A stretch of 64,000 bases of DNA from contig JBEPYN010000002.1 of the NCBI GenBank assembly GCA_041641305.1, positions 352,001 to 416,000 on the forward strand, written 5' to 3'. The notes beneath the pieces were generated by a model. It saw only the letters and a list, made by a program, of their open reading frames with translations, was not told the DNA's origin and did no database searches. Source of the DNA: Nitrososphaerota archaeon (GTDB lineage Archaea > Thermoproteota > Nitrososphaeria_A > Caldarchaeales > Caldarchaeaceae). Of the stretch, positions 36,229 through 45,970 are shown in pieces (positions within the stretch are counted from its first letter, which is position 1; every line of letters begins with the position of its first letter). The position numbers and the translations under genes are program-made.

Positions 36229-38557
36229 GCAGGCTCACCCCCAGCTTCTGGAGCTTGTTGAGGAAGTTTCTCCAAGCGGCTTCGGGGTTGCCGCCGGAGG
36301 TCACCTGTCTATAGGCTGTGACGTAGAGGTCTCTGGCCTCGCCGTAGCTCATGCCGTTGACAATCTTCTTCGCTATCTCGGCCTCGAAGCCTGGGAAGGT
36401 TTGCCTGAACTCTATCGCCCAAATGCTGTCGAGCGCAAGTTCTGGCGGCGCCCCCTCCTCCAGCATCTCTATGAACGAGGTCACCGTCGCCGAGCCTCTG
36501 AACATCTCCGCCATGTTTACAAGCTCGGTGAACTGGCTGTAGTCAAGTCTCTGCAGCAGGTTCTTCTCCGCGAGCAGGCTAGCCACTATGGCCGGCGTCT
36601 TCGAGCTCGGTATCGGCGGGAAAGTTATCTCGCCTTTTTTGCCGAGGGCTACGATGAGCAGGCGAGCTGACGCGGCTGCTTGCGCAAGCCACGGCGAGCC
36701 ACGTGTCTCGATGACCACTGTGTCGGCACCCTTAGCCAGCTTCTTCAGCTCGGTTGCGGCGGCGTCGGGGCTTGGTGGAAGCACTATGTTTCCTATGAAG
36801 GCGGCTTTTCTCCCCGCTTCTCTGAGAGCCTGTTCAACAGCTCTGCGGGTCAGAAGCTGGTCTCCCACTGCCACGGTTATCAGGCCTACCTTGACACTGC
36901 TCGCAAGCCTCTGAAGCTGCTTAGCCTCTCTCATGTATATGGCCGGCTTCTCGTCCGGTTCAAGCTTCACGTATCCCTCGGCGACTGCGTTGAAGATGTT
37001 CTCGTCGAACCGGGTTAGCTGGAGAAGCGACGAGGGCGCTGTTATCCGCCTATGCCTCTCGACAGCAACCTTCTCCAGCTCCTCGACTTTATCGAGTGTC
37101 TCCAGCTCCTCCTCGGCGAGAGCTGTCTCCTCCTCGTCCGGCTCGCCCTCTTCAACGGGGTTCACCAGATTGACGTTGTCCATCATCTCAGCCAACGGCT
37201 CAGGCGCCTTGAACACCGCTGAGGCGGGCGGCTCGTTGCCCACTTCGATAATCTGTATAGCTGGTGGTCCTCTGTCAATTATGGGTGCGATGCGGCGCCT
37301 CAGCCCGGCAGCCGTCCTCACCCCGCCGGCCACCGCTGCGCGTAGACTGCTTGCCGAGGTTTTTCTCGCGAATATGTAGGAGCCTGCGGCTGCTGATGCG
37401 AATATGGCTATGGGCGACGCCAGCGCGAGGGGATATGGTAGTGTCATGGGCTGTGGGTGGAGCAGAGCCAGTATCCTGTAGCCCGCCTCCGCGAGGCTGT
37501 AGAGGGCTTCGCCGACGACGGGTATGTTCAGTAACGCGGCGTGTCCCTTCGGCTTATACATGAGGGTTATGTAGAGCGGTTTCTCTAGCTTAGCAACCAC
37601 GGTCTCCATCTCCTGTGAAGAGGGTGTGAACAGCCTGTCTCCAACCGATACAGCGGACATGTAGGCCTCCTTCATCGCCGTTGGAGCCTCTACCACGACG
37701 GTCTTCCCCTCTCTATCAATCAGCTTGATTTGGGAGGCTATCACCAGCTCTTTGCCGTTGACGATTACAGAGACCGGCACGGGGGAATCGGCCTCGAGGA
37801 TGTAGGGGACGTATGTGTAGTAGACCGGCTCGATGAGGCTGAGCAGGGGCTCGGGCACGGGCTGGATAGGCAGCGTAACGTTGTATCCCATTATCCTGAT
37901 GGCCTCGGCTCTTTGCACACGTCCATCCGGGAGCTGGATATCGGGGAAGACCGGTCTCTTGAACAGGTAGAGCGGATAGTACTCGTCTAGGAATTTCCTG
38001 TAGGCGTAGAAGTTGGCGACGAGGGTTATGCTCTTGTTCACTTTCATGGATGAGGTTGGCGAGTCTATCCTCAGCCCGTCTGGTCCCTCCCAGTAGAGAA
38101 AGATGTACTTCATGTCGCCTTCGAGCACCTCTCTCTGCACGCTGAACTCGACTGTTTCGCCGGGCCTGACTATCCTCGGCTTAGGCAGGTTCAGCATGGT
38201 AGACGATATGTTGGCCGCGAACGCCACGTACAGCCTCGGTATAACGCTGCCGTTTTCCCTGTAAAGCCTCTCGAAGACCGCGACAGCCTCGATGTTGCCG
38301 AAGACGTAGAAGGTGAACGGGTTGGCAGACACTTCTCTGGGAAGCCCGCCTCCAGAGAAAACCCACTTGGAGAACCGGCACTCGGTCGTCGGCCTCGCCT
38401 CAATCGTCGCCTGCACACCCTCTCTGTAGAGCCCGGCTCCGATGAGGGCGGCGGCGCACTCCGCCGGCGACGCTGAAAGGCTGACGCTGTACTGAGCCTC
38501 TTGCGCAGGTGACAGGGCCGTCGCAATCAGTAGAAGCACCAGCATAACATGTATCAT
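36209..38557 (-). CDS. Large bitopic membrane protein with beta-repeat ectodomain and alpha/beta cytoplasmic domain
   Basis: Signal peptide, G.G.Y.EG..ATIEA.P...RF.KW repeat, TM, acidic linker. Confidence 0.85.
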   Translation of the reverse strand: MIHVMLVLLLIATALSPAQEAQYSVSLSASPAECAAALIGAGLYREGVQATIEARPTTECRFSKWVFSGGGLPREVSANPFTFYVFGNIEAVAVFERLYRENGSVIPRLYVAFAANISSTMLNLPKPRIVRPGETVEFSVQREVLEGDMKYIFLYWEGPDGLRIDSPTSSMKVNKSITLVANFYAYRKFLDEYYPLYLFKRPVFPDIQLPDGRVQRAEAIRIMGYNVTLPIQPVPEPLLSLIEPVYYTYVPYILEADSPVPVSVIVNGKELVIASQIKLIDREGKTVVVEAPTAMKEAYMSAVSVGDRLFTPSSQEMETVVAKLEKPLYITLMYKPKGHAALLNIPVVGEALYSLAEAGYRILALLHPQPMTLPYPLALASPIAIFASAAAGSYIFARKTSASSLRAAVAGGVRTAAGLRRRIAPIIDRGPPAIQIIEVGNEPPASAVFKAPEPLAEMMDNVNLVNPVEEGEPDEEETALAEEELETLDKVEELEKVAVERHRRITAPSSLLQLTRFDENIFNAVAEGYVKLEPDEKPAIYMREAKQLQRLASSVKVGLITVAVGDQLLTRRAVEQALREAGRKAAFIGNIVLPPSPDAAATELKKLAKGADTVVIETRGSPWLAQAAASARLLIVALGKKGEITFPPIPSSKTPAIVASLLAEKNLLQRLDYSQFTELVNMAEMFRGSATVTSFIEMLEEGAPPELALDSIWAIEFRQTFPGFEAEIAKKIVNGMSYGEARDLYVTAYRQVTSGGNPEAAWRNFLNKLQKLGVSLHAEAGA

Positions 38558-38564
38558 CGCCGCG

Positions 38565-40403
38565 TCACCCGTAGTGGAAGATGCTCATCATGGAGTTGCC
38601 CACCGGCACTATGGCGTAGTAGCTGGCGGCGGTCACCAGCATCGCCACAGCTATCCTCAGCATGTTGTAGGGATGTCCGTCGACGGCCCGTCCTATTATC
38701 AGCATGTAGAACAGGGTACCCATGGCTATCATCACCATCCCGGCGTCGGCCATCATCATCATTTCCTCGGGGGTTGTCTGGGCTAGGCCTATTCCTGCTC
38801 CTGCGCCGCCGGCGATGGCGGCTCCCTCGCTCGGTATCTGGAGTATTGAGCCAAGGTTCGCGATTGGCAGAACCATCCCTATCGTGACAGCGGTTATCAG
38901 CGGCATGGCGAGGGCCAGCCATTTGAAGGGCGAGAGCCTGCCCACCATCTTCTCCCTCGCGAGGCTGTAGCCTCTGAGCAGCTCCACCAGCTTGTCCATC
39001 AGGTAGGGGCTGCCGCCGCCCGAGAGGTTTATGCTGTGTAGCAGGAACAGCGATATTCTGAGGAGCCAGCTCCGCGTGATGCCCGCGCCCGCCTCCCAGA
39101 TAGTGAACCCCATCGACATACGCGCCACTATTGCGTCGAGTATTTTCTTGAACTCAGGCGCATACCTGTGTCCTGCTGTCTTGAGGATGGCTGTTGACGG
39201 AGGGTTCCCCAGTCTCCTGAACTCGGTCACGTCCTTGAGCCAGCGGCGGGACTCCGTGTCGCATGCCTTGAGCTCCTTTATCAAAGGCCTCATCTGTATA
39301 TACACGCCTATACACGCCGCGGCGAGGGGTATGGTGAACATAAGCGTCATCGGGGCCTTTGCGAGCATGAGTGGGGGAAGCGTGGCCACAGCCATGGCTG
39401 CGCCAAACGCTACGGCTTTCGGTGTCAGCTTGATGTCGTCGAGATGCTTCGGGCTCTTGCTCCTCACGAAGAAGTACATTAGCATGCCGACCATGGGGAT
39501 TAGCCCGACTGTCATGAACGTGACGAGGGGAGCGGCCTGCGCCGGGCTTGTGACCGCTGTGAGCACTATGCCCATGGGGAGGAGGAGCAGAAGTATTATG
39601 AACGCCTCCATCACCGCTGACACGGTTGTCGCGAAGCGGTCGTATTTTTCCTCGAGGCTTTTAAGCAGCTCCGTCGCCCTGTCCTCCAGCACCGACACCA
39701 TGCTTCCACCCATCCGCCAGACGCTGGTGGCCGCGAACACTAGGTTCTGGAACCCATCGTGGGGGTGTGAGGAGGCGTGGACCTCTAAGCTCTCTATCAC
39801 GCCTCTGCCGGTGAGCTCGGCCATTCTCTGAACATCCTCGGCCTCCTGCGACATCTGGCTGAAGAGACGTTTACCGGTTTTGGTCAACAGCTTCATGCTA
39901 GCGTAAAGCGTGAGCCCGCAGTGTGCTAGAATCGAGGAATATACTGCGAAAAACGGGAGCTCCCACTCGGTCTTCTCCTTCCTCTCACTCGCTTTGCTTC
40001 TGAGAAGTAGCTGATTCATTCCTGCTACTGAGAGGGGTGCAGCGGCTAGGGATGCCAGCAGCATGTGCGGCCCAGGCCCGGCTATGAATAGCGTGTATAT
40101 GCATGCCGCGGCTATGGCTGCCGCGAGGGCTGTTGCCGAGGCTAGGTGGGCGGCCATCTCCTCCGCGACGTCGTAGGGGATGCGCTTCAGCCCCGCCTTC
40201 TCGCAGAGCGTCGTCGCCGTACGCAGAAGCTTCTCCGAAAGCCGGGGAACCGCGGCTGAGCCTGCGGCCACTGCTGCGAAGAAGAGCGGGATGGGTAGCA
40301 GGTATTCCGGGCCGCCGGGGCCAAGTATCTCCATGTAGATTATCCATATGGCGGCTGCGGCTGCTGCAACGATGAGGTAGATTATGCGTGGACTCATCTC
40401 CAA
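38565..40403 (-). CDS. Type IV pilus platform protein (TadC/ArlJ, T2SS-F family)
   Basis: Duplicated ELP.F / G.P..A.. cytoplasmic domains plus multiple TMs; directly follows the ATPase. Confidence 0.85.
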   Translation of the reverse strand: MEMSPRIIYLIVAAAAAAIWIIYMEILGPGGPEYLLPIPLFFAAVAAGSAAVPRLSEKLLRTATTLCEKAGLKRIPYDVAEEMAAHLASATALAAAIAAACIYTLFIAGPGPHMLLASLAAAPLSVAGMNQLLLRSKASERKEKTEWELPFFAVYSSILAHCGLTLYASMKLLTKTGKRLFSQMSQEAEDVQRMAELTGRGVIESLEVHASSHPHDGFQNLVFAATSVWRMGGSMVSVLEDRATELLKSLEEKYDRFATTVSAVMEAFIILLLLLPMGIVLTAVTSPAQAAPLVTFMTVGLIPMVGMLMYFFVRSKSPKHLDDIKLTPKAVAFGAAMAVATLPPLMLAKAPMTLMFTIPLAAACIGVYIQMRPLIKELKACDTESRRWLKDVTEFRRLGNPPSTAILKTAGHRYAPEFKKILDAIVARMSMGFTIWEAGAGITRSWLLRISLFLLHSINLSGGGSPYLMDKLVELLRGYSLAREKMVGRLSPFKWLALAMPLITAVTIGMVLPIANLGSILQIPSEGAAIAGGAGAGIGLAQTTPEEMMMMADAGMVMIAMGTLFYMLIIGRAVDGHPYNMLRIAVAMLVTAASYYAIVPVGNSMMSIFHYG

Positions 40404-42193
40404 CCGCGTCTAGCCTCCGACACGTAGTAGTGGAAGGCCGCGGCGTTCATCCCCTTTCTCACGCCCTCCTCGATTGCGTCGACTCGGTGGATGAGCTGTT
40501 TTGAGACGAACTCCTCGGTGAAACCGGTCGCCTTCATGAACCACTGCAGCTTCGGGCTTTTCCTCAGCACCTCGTACACGTCGTTCGGTGCGAAGCTGTC
40601 GTCGGATGCGTTGTACCTGAATATGTCGATGACGTCCATGCCCTCTGGCTTGGCTGGGTCGGGTAGTATCTCGGACACCGCTATGACGCGGCGCGCTCTT
40701 CCCGTGGGCGTGTCTTGGAAGCTGGTGATGCAGCAGCCCCATAGGAAGCTGAGCATCGCTTCCGACATGCCGGTTTTCCTGAGCATGAGGGCGAGGCGTG
40801 AGTAGAATTCTCTTGGGCTTCCCGCGTGGAAGGTGAAGCCTCCCCCGTGTCCGGTGAAGGCGCTTTTCAGCAGGTAGTAGACCGACTCGTCTTTCCTGAC
40901 CTCGCCTATGACGAGGTAGTCGGGCCTCATCCTCATGGCTATGTCTATGAGCTCGGACTCGCTTATCTCCATCTGCCCAGCCGCTATCATGGCCGACCTC
41001 CTGCCAGTGAGGGGGAGCCAGTGTCTCTGCGGTATGTTTATCTCGAACGTGTCCTCTATCGTGATTATCTTGCTGTTGGGGTCGAGGCAGGCTAGGAGCG
41101 CGGTGAAGAGCGAGGTCTTGCCGCTTGCCGTCGGCCCAGCTATCCCTATCAACGCCTTGTTCTCTAAGGCGAACCATACATAGGCCGCCATGAGCGGGGT
41201 CAGCATCTTCATGCTCACGAGTCTTGGAAGGCTCCAAGGGTCGGTGGGCCACTTTCTTATGGTGAATGTGGGGCCGAAGGCTGACAGCTCTCTGCCAAGT
41301 ATGCCGGCGAACCTGCTGCCGTCTGCGAGCGGGAAGTCGGCGTATGGTTTATGGAGCGTCATGACGGTGTTAGCCCTGTGGGCGTGCCTGTTCATGAAGT
41401 CGTTTATCTCATCATCGGTCTCGAAGACTATGTTGCTCCGCAGGTAGTGGAGGTGGCCGAAGTCTCTATGCGCTATCATGACCGGGATGCCGGGGCCTAC
41501 GCAGGAGATGTCCTCGACAGCCGGGTCGTTGACAGGCACGTCCACCGGCCCATAGCCGAAGACGTTTCTAGTCACGTAGTACTTGACCTCGAGTATCCTG
41601 TCCTGCGTAGGCTCGATACCGAGCCTCTTCAGCTTGTCGGCTATGATGCTGTTTACGAGCTGGTCGAGGGCGAGAGCCTCCGGCCTCTCCTCGGCCCTGC
41701 CAATCCTCATAGGCTGGCGCACGGACTCGACAGCAGGCAGCTTAGCCTCCCTGAATAAGCTGTCCAAGGTCAATGCATACGCGAGTCTTCCCTCGTTTGA
41801 GATGGGTGGCTCGGTGACGAGGTATAGCCCGAAGGTCCCCATCTCCGCTATCCGCACCGAGGCGAGGCCGACATTGTAACGCTTCAGGGTCTTAGCTCCC
41901 TTGACATCCTCCGGCTCCATGAGCGGGCTCGGGAGCGGTAGGTTGGCCATGAGGAACTGCTGGAGAGCCCTCAGAATATTCTCCGCCTTCAGCTCTCCCT
42001 TTACCTTCGGCTTCTCCGCTTTCGTCTTCACAGCTTTCTCAGGCTTCGGGGCCTTTTCCTTGACCTTTGCCTTCTCAGGTGTCTTCTCGGGGGCGGCGAG
42101 ACTCCTGCCACACGTGGGGCAGAAGCGAGAGCCCTCGGGAAGCGCCTCGCCGCAGGAGGGGCATTCTGTGAGAACGGTTTCTGCCCTGCTCAT
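40394..42193 (-). CDS. Type IV pilus/secretion ATPase (TadA/ArlI/VirB11 family) with N-terminal zinc ribbon
   Basis: GYGPVD..DP.VEDIS, FTIRK, GPTASGKT, ITIEDT.E, MRMRPD.LVIGEVR, TGH...TFH motifs. Confidence 0.92.
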   Translation of the reverse strand: MSRAETVLTECPSCGEALPEGSRFCPTCGRSLAAPEKTPEKAKVKEKAPKPEKAVKTKAEKPKVKGELKAENILRALQQFLMANLPLPSPLMEPEDVKGAKTLKRYNVGLASVRIAEMGTFGLYLVTEPPISNEGRLAYALTLDSLFREAKLPAVESVRQPMRIGRAEERPEALALDQLVNSIIADKLKRLGIEPTQDRILEVKYYVTRNVFGYGPVDVPVNDPAVEDISCVGPGIPVMIAHRDFGHLHYLRSNIVFETDDEINDFMNRHAHRANTVMTLHKPYADFPLADGSRFAGILGRELSAFGPTFTIRKWPTDPWSLPRLVSMKMLTPLMAAYVWFALENKALIGIAGPTASGKTSLFTALLACLDPNSKIITIEDTFEINIPQRHWLPLTGRRSAMIAAGQMEISESELIDIAMRMRPDYLVIGEVRKDESVYYLLKSAFTGHGGGFTFHAGSPREFYSRLALMLRKTGMSEAMLSFLWGCCITSFQDTPTGRARRVIAVSEILPDPAKPEGMDVIDIFRYNASDDSFAPNDVYEVLRKSPKLQWFMKATGFTEEFVSKQLIHRVDAIEEGVRKGMNAAAFHYYVSEARRGWR

Positions 42194-42195
42194 GG

Positions 42196-42879
42196 CTACG
42201 CCACCAAGTAGATGTGTGACTCGTAGGCGGCTGCCATCGCGGCCACCAGCACCGCGTAGAGAAACAGCCTATGAGAGCCTCGGTAGGCCTGCGCCAGCCT
42301 TCCTAGTCCATATCCATCGCCGCATAGAGCTTTGGCGGCCACGTATGTCGGAAACGATAGGGACAGGGCCTCGAGCGCCAGCAGCGGAGCCAGTATCGGG
42401 TATTCGGCGCCTACGCCTCCCATGGTGAACCCGTTCACAGCCATGGGTGCGAGCGCTGATACGAGGATGAATTTCTCATGCCTCCTACCTATTGGCTTGG
42501 GGCGGCCTCTTCCCTCCATGACCATGGCGAGCGGCATGACCGCGTGTATCGCCGGAACCAGCGAGATAGGCCTCATGTTGCTGAGCAGTATGGCGGCGAC
42601 CATTGAGGGGGGCGAGGGCTTCGCCGGCTTCTCATATGATGGGTTGATTGCGGCCTCTATTGTCTCGGCAGCCGCCTCGACCTGCCTCGGCACGTCTGGG
42701 ACGATGGATACCCCTGGGGCGACTGTTGTTGACCTCGACAGCGACTGGACGAAGGCTGGAAAGGCTGTGGCGAAGCCTGCTCCGGAAAAGCTGGTGAGGA
42801 GGAGGCTGAAAACGGCTCCAGATGCTATGGAGCCGAGTGTGAGGAATGCTGTTAATATCAGCGCCGTATACAGAGGCAT
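42196..42879 (-). CDS. Membrane protein, SpoIIM-like
   Basis: Multi-TM with conserved-looking N, NG, E and terminal AA.YES. Confidence 0.55.
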   Translation of the reverse strand: MPLYTALILTAFLTLGSIASGAVFSLLLTSFSGAGFATAFPAFVQSLSRSTTVAPGVSIVPDVPRQVEAAAETIEAAINPSYEKPAKPSPPSMVAAILLSNMRPISLVPAIHAVMPLAMVMEGRGRPKPIGRRHEKFILVSALAPMAVNGFTMGGVGAEYPILAPLLALEALSLSFPTYVAAKALCGDGYGLGRLAQAYRGSHRLFLYAVLVAAMAAAYESHIYLVA

Positions 42880-42942
42880 TCACCTCCGTGAATGCCTTAA
42901 CCGCCTAAGGTGTATTTATTGAGATAAGGCGTGGCCGTGTTC

Positions 42943-42958
42943 TGTCAACATGTTGACA
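42943..42958. repeat. 16-bp palindrome copy TGTCAACATGTTGACA
   Basis: Direct reading; upstream of the promoter variant GCCTTATCTCAATAAAT. Confidence 0.9.
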
Positions 42959-42968
42959 GCCCCGCTGT

Positions 42969-43577
42969 TTAGCTGACTGCCTCATATGCCTCGACCGCCG
43001 CCGACAGGGTTAACAGCAGCAGGATTATGGGCAGATACTTTCTAACCATCTTTCTGTACCTCTGTGCGAAGCTGTCGGGCTCCAGCTCAGAGGCCTTGTC
43101 CACGACCGCGGCTGCAAGGAGAACGTGTATGCCCTCAAGCAGCATGAAGGCTGCCGGGCCTCTTACGGCCAGTACCGCGGGTATCTGTACGGCGAAGCCT
43201 GCGACATACATGATGGCTATGACGGCCATCATCCTGCTGTAGAACCTCCATCCCACGTCACCGGACCACTTGTGAAAACGCGTCCCAGCCCATCTCCGGC
43301 TCAGCCGCATTCCGTATGCGGAGTGGATTAGGGGCGGCGACGCCAACACCGCTGCCAAAGCTATCGAGTTGTTGAACATTATTGCGGCAAATGCTGACAA
43401 CAACGTGTTCCCCGTGGCAGGGTACACTATGGAGAAGGCCATCATGGTTCTGCCGATGAGGACCAGCCCCTGGGGCGAGCGTAGTATGATGTCGAGGAAG
43501 TTGGGCGGCCCTATCAACATGCTGGCCGCAGCCGACGCCGCCATGGCGAGCATGAGGCATAGGATTAAGCGCTTCAT
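42969..43577 (-). CDS. Membrane protein, SpoIIM-like
   Basis: IMFNN, LE and LLLLTLSAAVEAY pattern. Confidence 0.55.
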   Translation of the reverse strand: MKRLILCLMLAMAASAAASMLIGPPNFLDIILRSPQGLVLIGRTMMAFSIVYPATGNTLLSAFAAIMFNNSIALAAVLASPPLIHSAYGMRLSRRWAGTRFHKWSGDVGWRFYSRMMAVIAIMYVAGFAVQIPAVLAVRGPAAFMLLEGIHVLLAAAVVDKASELEPDSFAQRYRKMVRKYLPIILLLLTLSAAVEAYEAVS

Positions 43578-44764
43578 GTTCTAAGCCTCTTGAGGATGCT
43601 GGCTATCTTGGGGATTAGCTCGAGCCGCGTCAGCCTGGGTTTCAGAAGCCCCATGGAGTAGAGCGACTGGATGAACATGGTCGACAGGGCTGCGAACCTC
43701 AGCAGCGCCATTGACTGGGTCAGGCTCCACGGCATATGGGGCGCGGGTGTTGAGAACCATGTCAGGAGTATAGCCGTGTTGGAGAGCTCCCATAGGGCGA
43801 AGCCGGGCATCAACAATCCCGAGGCTGGGAGAAACGGTAGGAGGAATATGTTTGTCTGGGGGCTGTACCTCGGCGTGAACAACATGTACGACATGGCGGC
43901 CAGCATCATGAACTTGCCCGGCTCCAGCCTGCTCCTAAGCACGTAAAGGTACAGGATGGATACGCCGATTAGCCCGAAGAGAATGGCTGCTCCGAGGCCG
44001 GGGGCTGTGTTGGGCCCCACGGGAGCGGCTGCGTCGGGGAACAGGTGTACGTACCACGCGTTCTCCAAACTCCATCCAGTCTGGGCCTCTACCACGGCTC
44101 TGTATGCCTCTGGAAAAGCGAGGATGGGTGGCAGGGCTACAGCCGCGAATGTTGCGAGATACTTCAGCCTCTCCCTGCCTTGAAGCCTCAGGATGGCGTA
44201 GGGGAGAAAAAGTATGCTGAGAAGCTTGGTGTGGAACCCTAGGGCTAGAAGAGCCGCTGAAACCGTATACCTGCCTCTGGCGAAGGCTAGGACGGACAGG
44301 GCTGTCAGGGCCGCGAGGAATACGTCATAACCGTATATCCCATATACAACCAAGCTGGGCGCGACTAGGTAGACGAGTGTGTATGCGCTGTCTCCGGAGA
44401 GCTGCGCCGCGGCATACGCCATAGCCACAGCCGACGTGAGCACCATGGCTGAGTAGGCGAGGTAGAACCCTACCATGTCTCCGCCAATGCGCCATGCTAT
44501 GATTGATAACGCTCCTGAAAGAAACGGGTACTCGAAGTGTTTCCCGGTATGGTCAGGCTCCACGTAGGGTATCCTGCCTGCTTCAGCGAAGTCACTCCAG
44601 AAGAAGCCCATGATGTCCGTGTATAGGCTGGGCTGGATAAATGGGGAGTGCAGTAATATGCCCAGCCCGATTGTCGAGCACGCCACCATTATCTGTAGAA
44701 GCGTCTCCCTCATATCCACGGGACCTCGCCTAGTCCTAGGCTTCCGAGGAGCTGTATCAGCCAC
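43574..44764 (-). CDS. GT-C glycosyltransferase (GT87-like)
   Basis: YTDI, IPY, FEYP, YD, K..., SPQ motifs; multi-TM. Confidence 0.75.
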   Translation of the reverse strand: MADTAPRKPRTRRGPVDMRETLLQIMVACSTIGLGILLHSPFIQPSLYTDIMGFFWSDFAEAGRIPYVEPDHTGKHFEYPFLSGALSIIAWRIGGDMVGFYLAYSAMVLTSAVAMAYAAAQLSGDSAYTLVYLVAPSLVVYGIYGYDVFLAALTALSVLAFARGRYTVSAALLALGFHTKLLSILFLPYAILRLQGRERLKYLATFAAVALPPILAFPEAYRAVVEAQTGWSLENAWYVHLFPDAAAPVGPNTAPGLGAAILFGLIGVSILYLYVLRSRLEPGKFMMLAAMSYMLFTPRYSPQTNIFLLPFLPASGLLMPGFALWELSNTAILLTWFSTPAPHMPWSLTQSMALLRFAALSTMFIQSLYSMGLLKPRLTRLELIPKIASILKRLRT

Positions 44765-45969
44765 TCGGGCTTGGCTGGGTAGAACATTATGAACCAGAGT
44801 ATCTGGGCTGCTAGGAATACCTTGAAGGCTATGGGTGGCAGGTGCTTGTCAAAGATGAGGGGAAGGGTTGCTGCGAGTATAGGCGATACTTGGAGGAAGT
44901 AGAAGCTGTATGTCCATCTCTTGGCGACATAGGCTAGGAACGCGAATGCTCCGAAGTTTACCGCGAACCATCCTAGGGAGATTGCTTCGGGGCTTGGGTT
45001 GTGTATCTTCGAGGATTTTATGACTCCGTACGCGATTGGGGCTATCAGCCAGATGCTCCACCAAAGCGGGCTAGAGACTCCCCAGAAAGCGACTGGATGG
45101 TATCCGGGCGGGGATACCGTGTTTACGAAGTATGGCGCAGGCTGCCTAGTTATGGGAGGTATAATCCATGAAAGGGGTAGCTCAACCTTCCATGGCTCGA
45201 AGTACCTCAGGTTTGTGTGGTAGCTCAGCATGAAGTCGAGGTGGTGCAGCGGCGTGGGGAACACATGTGTCTGCGAGTCCCAGAGGGCCACGCCCGCGAA
45301 GAAGACAAGCAGGGCTGGGAAAGCGTAGAGCCTCACACCCCTCCTCAAGGCCTCCACGGCCCTGTCAAGGTCCCTCGTCTTCCCGTACTCGTGTACGGCT
45401 TCCAGCGCCATCAGAGTGGGTATGATTAGTATGCCGCTGCTCTTTGACAGCAGGGAGAGGCCTGCGGCGACTCCTGAGAGAAGCTTCCTGCCCGACACGT
45501 AGAGGTAGGCGGAGAACACCATGAAGAAGATGGAGGGAGGGTCCAGTATTCCTATGCCTCCCACATTGAAGAACGTCACGTCGGTGAATAGCAGGAGCTG
45601 GGCAGCTATGGCGTACCTGTCTCCGCCTAGCCTCCTCGCGACAAGCCCCACCAACGCTATGGTCAGCGCAGAGAAAAGCACCATGGGAATCCTCCAACCC
45701 CACGGGTTGTCCCCCAAAGCCATGATGCCCAGCATGATTACCCACTTGCTGAGAGGGGGGTGCTCAAGGTTCACAGCCTGGCCCATCAGCATCTTCCTTA
45801 CGGCCGGTATGTAGTGGGCCTCGTCGAAGATGAAGCCGCAGCCGTCGAACGGCGGCTCGAGGCACTCTAAAGGATGTTTCAGTGGGCTGGCTAATGGTAT
45901 GAGAGATAGCCTAAGTCCTAGGTATATCAGGGGCACTATAGTCAACCGGATGAGTTGGTTTGGTTTCAT
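44710..45969 (-). CDS. Protein O-mannosyltransferase-like (PMT/GT39)
   Basis: IFDEAHY, EHPPLSK, PWGWR, ILD, SK.SG, W.....P..YF, Y.FY motifs. Confidence 0.85.
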   Translation of the reverse strand: MKPNQLIRLTIVPLIYLGLRLSLIPLASPLKHPLECLEPPFDGCGFIFDEAHYIPAVRKMLMGQAVNLEHPPLSKWVIMLGIMALGDNPWGWRIPMVLFSALTIALVGLVARRLGGDRYAIAAQLLLFTDVTFFNVGGIGILDPPSIFFMVFSAYLYVSGRKLLSGVAAGLSLLSKSSGILIIPTLMALEAVHEYGKTRDLDRAVEALRRGVRLYAFPALLVFFAGVALWDSQTHVFPTPLHHLDFMLSYHTNLRYFEPWKVELPLSWIIPPITRQPAPYFVNTVSPPGYHPVAFWGVSSPLWWSIWLIAPIAYGVIKSSKIHNPSPEAISLGWFAVNFGAFAFLAYVAKRWTYSFYFLQVSPILAATLPLIFDKHLPPIAFKVFLAAQILWFIMFYPAKPEWLIQLLGSLGLGEVPWI

Positions 45970-45970
45970 G

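Noticed and set aside
38565-42193. Archaellum operon or conjugative T4SS
   Set aside because: No ArlH, ArlF/G or archaellin motifs, and no VirB4 or relaxase seen; the ATPase-platform pair with these pilins fits a type IV pilus.
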